DNA from: Candidatus Berkelbacteria bacterium
GTDB lineage: Bacteria; Patescibacteriota; UBA1384; XYA2-FULL-43-10; 1-14-0-10-43-13
DNA length: 64,000 bases
Assembly: GCA_037143235.1 (NCBI GenBank)
Contig: JBAWZC010000003.1
Coordinates: 25,192-89,191 of the forward strand
Reading direction: 5' to 3'
Below, one piece after another: positions 56,483 to 64,000 of the stretch. The position numbers were made by a program, and so were the translations under genes. Below the pieces are notes generated by a model. It did not search any database and was not told the origin of the DNA. It worked only from the letters and a program-made list of their open reading frames with translations. Position 1 is the stretch's first letter; each line of letters begins with the position of its first letter.

Positions 56483-57733
56483 ATGGTAAGTGAAATTACA
56501 AAACTGAGGCTATCGATTTTCTGGGCGCTGGTGGTTATCTCCGCGTCTATTTTTGCTTTGATTATTTTTTATAGCAAAAGCTTTATCTCGATCAAAGCCG
56601 TGCCACCGACGGCAAAAGTCACTATTGACAACAATGTAGTCGCAGTGACGATGGGTTCAGCAAAGACCATACTGAAACCAGGCGAACACACCTTGACAGT
56701 CGAAGCAACTGGCTACATCAGTAGTTCGCAGAGTATCAACGCAAAGCGTGGTTTCAACAAGTCGGTAACTGTTTCCCTACAAAAAGATCAGGTTCCTGTC
56801 TTGGCCTCCACTTCAGGCAGATTTCTGACCAGAGGAACTGACTTTAACAATGGCTATTACCTCGGCGACAACGGCAGCAAGATTTATCGCGTCAAATTTA
56901 ATCTTGATGAAAATGGTGTTGTCCAAATCTTGGAAAACATTGCCCTGACAGACAATAAATTATCAGAAATCCAGGAAATGATTCTCTCTCCTACCAAAGA
57001 GCTTGCTCTTTTCCGCAAAAGCGACGGCGTCTATCTCTTTGATTTCTACAAATACGATTTTGTGAATCAAACCGAGAGAAAATGGGGCGACGATATCGGC
57101 TCAATTGCTTGGGCCCCTGATAATTCCAAGGTTGCTTATGTTTATGCTCCTCTCTCCGGCGAAAGATCACTTATTTTTGCGAATCTCGCCAATACTGAAG
57201 TCGAAAGAGTCCGTAACCTTATTGATGATGACATCGAAAATCCCCTGATTGCCTTTGCCCCCGACTCGCAATATATGACGATGATTCCGCGAAACAATGA
57301 CAAGAGCAGGAATAATATTTACCTTTTTGACAGTTATTCCAGAAAACTAAAAACAATCACTGATGGTGGCAATCAAACCGGCGCTCTATTCTCTCCCGAC
57401 GCCAACAAAATACTTTTCAGTTCTACCCTTTCTCAAAGCGGCGGTCAGGAAGTTCTCTCAGTGATGGATAAAAACGGCGAAAACAAAAAGTATTTAGGTG
57501 TCGAGGCGAAGATTGACAAAACGACTTGGAGTCCGGATTCCAAGATGGTTTTGGCCGTGACAAACAGCGGTGGTGTCGATCAAATAGTGAAGATAAACAC
57601 TGAGAACAAACAGATCACCACCATCTGGAAACAGGGCAACGGTAGCGAGATAGGCGACTTGTCTTATCTGGGCGATGGGAAGATAATGATGTTTGAGACA
57701 AGCGATGGAATTTATGCGATGAAGACTGAATAA
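56483..57733 (+). CDS. PEGA domain plus TolB-like beta-propeller protein
   Basis: N-terminal TM; PPTAKVTID..LKPGEHTLTVEATGY; repeats AWAPD, FAPD, FSPD, WSPD. Confidence 0.85.
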   Translation: MVSEITKLRLSIFWALVVISASIFALIIFYSKSFISIKAVPPTAKVTIDNNVVAVTMGSAKTILKPGEHTLTVEATGYISSSQSINAKRGFNKSVTVSLQKDQVPVLASTSGRFLTRGTDFNNGYYLGDNGSKIYRVKFNLDENGVVQILENIALTDNKLSEIQEMILSPTKELALFRKSDGVYLFDFYKYDFVNQTERKWGDDIGSIAWAPDNSKVAYVYAPLSGERSLIFANLANTEVERVRNLIDDDIENPLIAFAPDSQYMTMIPRNNDKSRNNIYLFDSYSRKLKTITDGGNQTGALFSPDANKILFSSTLSQSGGQEVLSVMDKNGENKKYLGVEAKIDKTTWSPDSKMVLAVTNSGGVDQIVKINTENKQITTIWKQGNGSEIGDLSYLGDGKIMMFETSDGIYAMKTE

Positions 57734-57739
57734 ATAAAC

Positions 57740-57859
57740 AATTTCTAAATTTCCAATAACCAATTACTAAATCAATGTCACAATGACCAATGGGTCAAAA
57801 CATGTAATTCAGAATTAGAGATTTAATTTGGAGAATTGGAAATTGGTAATTTGAGAATT
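57740..57859. repeat. Two-armed heptamer periodic imperfect palindrome (empty element)
   Basis: aatttct aaatttcc aataacc aattact...ttggaga attggaa attggta atttgag aatt. Confidence 0.75.
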
Positions 57860-57875
57860 GTCGAACGGAGGGGTT

Positions 57876-59120
57876 TTGGCTGAAGAAAAGAAACGGATGG
57901 ATATAGAAAGAAAAACGCAAGAAGTACCTTCTGGTGATGGTTTTGTTGATCCATACGAAGAAGACGAGGAAGATACTGAATCTTCTGATTCTTCGGTCCC
58001 TTTTAACGAAGATTTAAGCAGTGAGCGACCTGAAGCATCAGACCAGCCTTCTCAACAATCAGGAGAAACTCCCCCGCAAGCACCCCAAACTGCGAAGTCA
58101 CCGAGCGAACCATCCACAACTGACAAAATTAAAAACCTATTCAAGAACAAAGCGAAAAATGCTGCAGAAAAGGACCTAAAGAAAAAAGCGATCAAGGAAA
58201 TTCTTTCGGTCATTCTGAAAAGCCCAACGACTTGGTGGGTTATTGGCATTGTATTGGCAATTTTGATCGGTGTGGCGATCTTTGCCTCGATGTATATGAT
58301 TGCAACATCTCCAGCCAACGGCTCAACTCAGCCAAAACCAGTCAATCCTGTCACTGACGCAAACTGGGTTAAACAGGCAGCCATTCTTTCGGGTGATGCT
58401 GCTTTGAAAAAAGAGATTTCAACTGATTCCTTCGCAGATCTAAAGGAAAATCTAGCCGAGATCAGCAAGAATATCACTGATACTGCGAACAAGAAAAGAG
58501 TTGACGATTTAATTCTAAAATTGACCGCTTATCAAACAAATCCAACAGTAGCTCTGAAAAATGAGATTTTGGCGATGCTGGGTGATTTCTTTGACACGCT
58601 CGAAAATCCAATGCCCGTCTTCACCACTACTGGTCGCAAACCACTTGATAACATTACCGGATACAACAGCGATCCGTTTAATAACACAACTGTAACAAAG
58701 GATTTCAAGGCAACCTCTGGGTCTTCGCCATACTTTCAAATAAAAGATGGTTTGGGTGACGCAGTCAATCTTTATACTGACAAAGTAAGTCCTGTTTATT
58801 CACCGATCTCTGGGACAGTTTCCTCTGTATCAGACGACGGCCTTGGCCACAGCAAAATTGTCATTTCAAATGGTGATTGGGAGGTACTGATCGCGCATAT
58901 CACCACAACATTGACCGCAGGAGCCACTATCACAAGCAATACTTCAATCGGCACAACAGCTGAGATCGGTGGTAGTTTTGTTATCCAGTACGAGATGTGT
59001 TACTGCGGCAAACCTGTTGTCTCAACTAAGTACGATAACTATCTCTGGCAGCAGGATATGTCAGTAGATTATGGCTCATTCTTATGGAAACATATGACAA
59101 GGATCCTAAAAATTGATTAA
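57876..59120 (+). CDS. Membrane protein with C-terminal degenerate M23-like domain
   Basis: Acidic N-tail, one TM, SPVYSPISGTV...LIAHI...IGT; TTG start after GGAGG. Confidence 0.65.
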   Translation: MAEEKKRMDIERKTQEVPSGDGFVDPYEEDEEDTESSDSSVPFNEDLSSERPEASDQPSQQSGETPPQAPQTAKSPSEPSTTDKIKNLFKNKAKNAAEKDLKKKAIKEILSVILKSPTTWWVIGIVLAILIGVAIFASMYMIATSPANGSTQPKPVNPVTDANWVKQAAILSGDAALKKEISTDSFADLKENLAEISKNITDTANKKRVDDLILKLTAYQTNPTVALKNEILAMLGDFFDTLENPMPVFTTTGRKPLDNITGYNSDPFNNTTVTKDFKATSGSSPYFQIKDGLGDAVNLYTDKVSPVYSPISGTVSSVSDDGLGHSKIVISNGDWEVLIAHITTTLTAGATITSNTSIGTTAEIGGSFVIQYEMCYCGKPVVSTKYDNYLWQQDMSVDYGSFLWKHMTRILKID

Positions 59121-62100
59121 AAACTTTTGGCAAAAATTTACGATCTTCACGATCATGTTCCTCCTGGTTTTCAGCCAGTATTTTAACATGCCAACGGCAG
59201 CCAGAGCAGCCACTGATACAGAAGTACCAGAAGAAGATTATGGCAATCCCGACCCCCGGCCACTAATCGATATTCCCAATCAACCGCTGATCTCCCCTGT
59301 CGCGAATACTACAACCACAACTTGTAGCGCTTATCTAACTGCCGATGCAGCCAATCAGGTTTATAAAGATAAAATCTATAAGTTTTTTGAAGGTTTTTGG
59401 CTGGATTCAAATCCTTTGAAATTTTCCAGCCTCACAGACGCTTTTAGCTCTGGTTCGGAAACAAAACTGATCTTTAATCAGACCGACCTAACAGCAATCC
59501 GTGGCTTATACTGTTCGGGTAGAAGCGCCCCAAACTTCGAGCAAGATATGGTCAATCTCTACCTCTACTTGCCGGACGATCTCCGAAAGACTCTCCCGGC
59601 TGACTATATGACTTATCTGACAAACCTAAAATATGGTCTATCTGGAGAAACAGCGGACCAGACACTCACCCGCAACAAGGAATTAATAAAGTTAGCAAAT
59701 GCTGCACAAACTGCCTATGCAGCAAATTGGCGTGAGAATACTACAAAGGGCTTAGACAAGATCAAAACAGCGATTGAGAACGGTGCTGACCTACAGACTG
59801 CGATCAGCAGCTCTGATTTTGATATCAGTTCTCTGATGTGCGTAACCGGTATGACGCAAAATGAAATTATCAACTATCTGCAAACACAACCAGCGCAGCT
59901 CTTCACCAAAGCTTCGGCCGCCATCGATGGCCTGATGATCGATGTCAGAATACTGAAGGCCCTCGTGTATCTGGTTACACCAAAAGATCAGGGTGGGGCT
60001 GGACACTGGCGCATCAAAGTCAAAAAAATATTGCAAAGCAATCCGAATTCAACTGAGTCGACAACGATATATAGCGAGATCAATGCAGCCGCAAAGACAG
60101 TTACACCGTCAAGCTGCGATGGCATGACGGCAGCCGAATGTGGTCAAAAAGCTAATGACTCAGCTGTACCCAGCCTCGAGATAACCGAGAAAAACGGTGA
60201 TCAGTACGACGCCTTCCTGAGCTCAATCACTGAAGATACCAGCAATATTTCTGCCCACAAGTCTGGCCAAGCGATCGATATCGAACAAATCGACGATATC
60301 CGCTGCACGATCATCGGCCGCAAAAGAATAACCTGGTTCGGCAACAGCGATAGTGTCAACAAACAGGCGCCAAACCCAATCAAGCTGGCTTGGCAAACAA
60401 CTGCTAGCTACAACGCCTCTGGAGGTAACCCAACTGATCTAGCGGGATTATTGAAGCAATCAGCCACAACGGAGTTACAAAGCTATTTAACCGAGCTAGG
60501 AGCTGACACCACCGGCTATGAAGGCGATCTTGCTAACGCGAATATTGGTGACTACGGTAGTCTGATCGGCAAATCACTATTGGGTGAAATGCTCGGATCA
60601 AACAGCCTGTCTTTGCCGGGAGACACGATCGAAAAAACTTTGAGCAATCTCGGCAGCTCGATCTTCGCCGACTATATTGGCGTGCCACGAGAAGTTTTCC
60701 TCAATCAAAAAATTACCAGCCTAGACGATCTTAAATATCTGATCGGTCGAGCGGCAATCGAAAAACGATTAAATATCCCCTACGGCTCACTCGACAGCTA
60801 CAACTACGAACAGAGCCAAGTCCTTGGCATGCCGACAGCAAATTTGGAGGGATTGCTGCTAAACGCTGGCAAGCGAAAACTTGAAACAGAGATGAATCTT
60901 AGAGATGGCGACCTTGATGGTTATATTGGTAACGGTATCAACCAAACCTCAAAGAACACCGCTGTTTATACAGGACAGAGAGTGATCGAGGGCGCGCTGA
61001 ACATTAATAAAGGTTCTTTTGTCGTTCAGGGAAAAGATGGCGCTCTAAAATTTGGTGATCTTAAAAAATATATCGGCACACTTAAATTGACCGCACTCGA
61101 GCTCAACCCCGCCTATATGGACAATGTTTTTCATGTTGATGCCAATACGACCAAAAATTTTGTTGATGGCAAGACGACAGCCGTTCAATTTGCCGGCGAA
61201 ATCGGGCAAAAGAGACTTGACGACACCATCTACGGCTTCAAATATCTCGCCGCTTCGGACGCTGCTTACCAGTTACCAGAAAACACCTGGGAAAATGCAA
61301 TTACTGGCGACAAAACAAGCGTAATCAATATTGGTGTCTCGATGATTGCCAAGGTTTTTGCCACTTCGGTGGACAATCCTGATTTCAAACTCTACGCAAA
61401 TGATTCTAGATATACTGTTTCCCCTTCAGCGCTCGGCACGGCAGCAACGACAGCATGGCTCAAAGATAATTTAACCAAAAGTGACGAAGCCAGCTGCAAA
61501 CCATCAGGAGAGATACCAGAAAAGGATGTCCCATTCACTGTCACGGAAAAATCATCGGGCAAGGTTATATTTAACAAGACAATTCCGATTAAAATTAACT
61601 TCGCCAATTTTCTGCAAAATGGTTTAACCAAGAGTGATGTTTCCCGCATCTTTAATTGTGCTTCTGCCAACGGTCGTGCTGTTTACGAAAAAGTGGGCGA
61701 AAAATTGCTTTATTATGGCATATTGGCCAAGACCGACGGCCAAGTTCAGGGTAATACTACTAGCCTGCTCGATGTTAATTCAATCAGAAAAATTGAGGAT
61801 AATAATTTCTATCTATCTCGCAAAAATCAGATCGAAAGAAATGTTGAGACCATCAAATCTGCATATGAGCAGATCAAAACCGACGATATCAACTGGGTTG
61901 AATTTAACAACAGCATAAATCGGATAAATGCCACTTTTGACAGCCTGGCGGTTGAGTCGAGTTTCTCCATCGACAGCATTGAGTCCATGGCTCAAGCCAT
62001 AATCGGCATCTCGAACGAATTCGACAAAATTAAAGTAATCTTGGCAACAATCACCAACAAATATGAAGGTGAAAGATCAGACAAGATTGGCCGCCTAAAC

Positions 62101-64000
62101 CAGATGATTGCCATCGCAAATGAAACATTCCGTCTATGCGAAGAAATTATTGTCGGTCACGATGTAGTCACCACAGGAACTATTACAATCAACCAGATTG
62201 ATCCAGCTGCCTTAACTATCCAGCAAACTGATGGCTCAGCAACAACCACTTCGCAAAAAAGAGCGGTCACGCCGACTACGGTTCTGAACTTCTTGGCTGG
62301 GAAGCTATCAATAACCGATTTTATTCTCTTGCTCGGCACATCTCAGGCCGAAGCAAGACTCGGTCTGCCACAGAACACATTTATCTATTTTATTCACAAT
62401 GCTGAGGACAAAGGCATTAGCAACAAAGACGCATTTTTTCAGGCAGTCGGTCAAGCCAAGATTGAGCAATCTCTCGGAATGCAATTGTTTAGTTTTCAGG
62501 GCACAAGCCTAAATGACGGGATGCCCGCTTTTCGATATGATCTTGACCAATTGTCGCGCTGGGTTGGTGACGAAATTTATCAGGACAAAGAAGATTTTCT
62601 CTACAATAACGGTTATTACCTCCCAGATGGATCAAAGACTGTCCCCCGATACAGCAGCGACCTAACAATCGAATATCTGACCGTATTACGCACAAACAAA
62701 GACGCACTTTTTGATCAGTACGTGAGTGTAGCCAAGACCAAATGGCAGTCAGCCAAAGATCTGCAACTGAAGAGCCAAGGTGGCACATCAATGAAAGAGT
62801 ACACACTGAACGACATCGTCGATAATATGTCGTCACGCAATTTAATCAATTCAACCGCCGGGGCTAAGTCAGAGATCGTCAACCGTTTCGGTTTGTCAGC
62901 CAATTATGATTCATTGATTTCGGGAGCTCCAGGCTCTTGGGCCGTAGCCAATCCAGCTGCAAACAAGATCGACGACCTCTTTAACATCCCTCGTGGATCA
63001 ACTCAGATGCTATTCACTGGAAAAATATCAGACAAGGTGACCTTGTCTGATCAGGATTTACAGTATCTCGAAGCCAAGATGAAACTGCCAAAGAACGGCG
63101 TCAATCTATTTGTACAGTTATTAAATGGTGATGTAACTCTTGACCAGATTACTAACAAGGGACTAACGCCAGATTATGTCGTTACGAATCCATATTTTGA
63201 TGCCAATTTAGACTCTGGGCCAACCTGCCCAGTCCAATACCGTGTCACGGAAGTAGACAAACCGCTTGGACAGGGTAATTTTATCGTCAGTGACAGTTCG
63301 CTAAATGCTGATGATTATTGTTATTACGACACGGCTGGACGACATTGTTTTAAGTCCTACGCCGAGTCTACTCGTTATATCGATGAGCACAAGGAGGCCG
63401 CCTACACTGACATTATTGGTTTAATGTCGACGGCTTTTGGTGTCGATAAAAATGAATTGGTCCGATATATCCAAAAACAGAGTGACACAGTCACTGTCAA
63501 TACAACCACAGTCACAGATCAGTATCTGACAGACAAAGACAATGGCTTGTTGAAACGACTGTTTTCTCGTGATCAACTGAAGGCGCCAGTTCAGTACTAC
63601 AAGCGAATCGTTGGTGAAGCAGAAACAAAGCGTGTTGTCGGCAATGGCCTTTTGTCGGCAGTCGGTATTGATACAGATCAGTATGACCTCGACGGTTCAG
63701 ACTTATTCGATATTTTGCGTGGCGATATGACCTCGATCACCCGCCTCGCGATGAGCAAGATTGATGAATCAGCTGGTTTGCCCAAGGGATCAACTAAATT
63801 ATTATTGACCGCGAACTCTGACAATATGCAAAATTGTACCTTGTCGTCGATCACCTCCAACTATCTCGGTAGTGTGCTTGGTCTATCAAAAATCGACCTC
63901 TCCGGGAATGTCTACACGAATATCGGCAAGCAACGCATTGAAGATGTATGGAAAGTCTCTGGTGATGCTTTTGCGGGCACTAGTTTTGATCAGGTTGTCA
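59113..64000 (+). CDS. Very large exported protein (>1600 aa), 3' end outside window
   Basis: Not in ORF track, consistent with no stop before the window end. TTG start MIKNFWQKFTIFTIMFLLVFSQYFNMPTAARA signal peptide; SAHKSGQAIDI motif at ~60250. Confidence 0.85.
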   Translation, partial: MIKNFWQKFTIFTIMFLLVFSQYFNMPTAARAATDTEVPEEDYGNPDPRPLIDIPNQPLISPVANTTTTTCSAYLTADAANQVYKDKIYKFFEGFWLDSNPLKFSSLTDAFSSGSETKLIFNQTDLTAIRGLYCSGRSAPNFEQDMVNLYLYLPDDLRKTLPADYMTYLTNLKYGLSGETADQTLTRNKELIKLANAAQTAYAANWRENTTKGLDKIKTAIENGADLQTAISSSDFDISSLMCVTGMTQNEIINYLQTQPAQLFTKASAAIDGLMIDVRILKALVYLVTPKDQGGAGHWRIKVKKILQSNPNSTESTTIYSEINAAAKTVTPSSCDGMTAAECGQKANDSAVPSLEITEKNGDQYDAFLSSITEDTSNISAHKSGQAIDIEQIDDIRCTIIGRKRITWFGNSDSVNKQAPNPIKLAWQTTASYNASGGNPTDLAGLLKQSATTELQSYLTELGADTTGYEGDLANANIGDYGSLIGKSLLGEMLGSNSLSLPGDTIEKTLSNLGSSIFADYIGVPREVFLNQKITSLDDLKYLIGRAAIEKRLNIPYGSLDSYNYEQSQVLGMPTANLEGLLLNAGKRKLETEMNLRDGDLDGYIGNGINQTSKNTAVYTGQRVIEGALNINKGSFVVQGKDGALKFGDLKKYIGTLKLTALELNPAYMDNVFHVDANTTKNFVDGKTTAVQFAGEIGQKRLDDTIYGFKYLAASDAAYQLPENTWENAITGDKTSVINIGVSMIAKVFATSVDNPDFKLYANDSRYTVSPSALGTAATTAWLKDNLTKSDEASCKPSGEIPEKDVPFTVTEKSSGKVIFNKTIPIKINFANFLQNGLTKSDVSRIFNCASANGRAVYEKVGEKLLYYGILAKTDGQVQGNTTSLLDVNSIRKIEDNNFYLSRKNQIERNVETIKSAYEQIKTDDINWVEFNNSINRINATFDSLAVESSFSIDSIESMAQAIIGISNEFDKIKVILATITNKYEGERSDKIGRLNQMIAIANETFRLCEEIIVGHDVVTTGTITINQIDPAALTIQQTDGSATTTSQKRAVTPTTVLNFLAGKLSITDFILLLGTSQAEARLGLPQNTFIYFIHNAEDKGISNKDAFFQAVGQAKIEQSLGMQLFSFQGTSLNDGMPAFRYDLDQLSRWVGDEIYQDKEDFLYNNGYYLPDGSKTVPRYSSDLTIEYLTVLRTNKDALFDQYVSVAKTKWQSAKDLQLKSQGGTSMKEYTLNDIVDNMSSRNLINSTAGAKSEIVNRFGLSANYDSLISGAPGSWAVANPAANKIDDLFNIPRGSTQMLFTGKISDKVTLSDQDLQYLEAKMKLPKNGVNLFVQLLNGDVTLDQITNKGLTPDYVVTNPYFDANLDSGPTCPVQYRVTEVDKPLGQGNFIVSDSSLNADDYCYYDTAGRHCFKSYAESTRYIDEHKEAAYTDIIGLMSTAFGVDKNELVRYIQKQSDTVTVNTTTVTDQYLTDKDNGLLKRLFSRDQLKAPVQYYKRIVGEAETKRVVGNGLLSAVGIDTDQYDLDGSDLFDILRGDMTSITRLAMSKIDESAGLPKGSTKLLLTANSDNMQNCTLSSITSNYLGSVLGLSKIDLSGNVYTNIGKQRIEDVWKVSGDAFAGTSFDQVV

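Overview
Bacterial chromosomal window whose gene content points to a Patescibacteria/CPR-type organism (inference). 1-29.7 kb: surface-glycan region with two O-antigen-ligase-like genes, an adjacent dockerin/cohesin gene pair, two flippases, GT2/GT4/GT11/GT-C glycosyltransferases, a UDP-L-QuiNAc/L-FucNAc-type pathway, galE, a complete GDP-heptose pathway, a fucokinase-like kinase and a deleted GDP-fucose synthase remnant. 29.8-44.5 kb: cell-wall and housekeeping genes (three Fem-like transferases, murE, uppP, PAP2, dedA, tsaD, Xer recombinase) interleaved with small accessory genes (two four-helix-bundle genes, NYN, Phd fusion, solo PaaX/Cas2-like) and dense nested palindromic repeats. 44.7-64 kb: T4SS-like locus (VirB6-like, PrgI, VirB4-like ATPase, peptidoglycan-active proteins, a >1600-aa secreted protein running off the end). 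The most striking unexplained signal is a family of 7-8 bp periodic inverted-arm elements. They flank both four-helix-bundle genes and also sit in frame inside tsaD (three inserts, about 120 extra residues), a Fem transferase and an HEXXH protein. Also notable: a PaaX/Cas2-like gene bracketed by identical perfect palindromes, a candidate structured ncRNA at 13.8-13.9 kb, and an apparently circularly permuted cell-wall domain fused to a dockerin. No rRNA, tRNA, CRISPR array or reverse transcriptase was seen. All calls come from reading motifs by eye; no searches were run.
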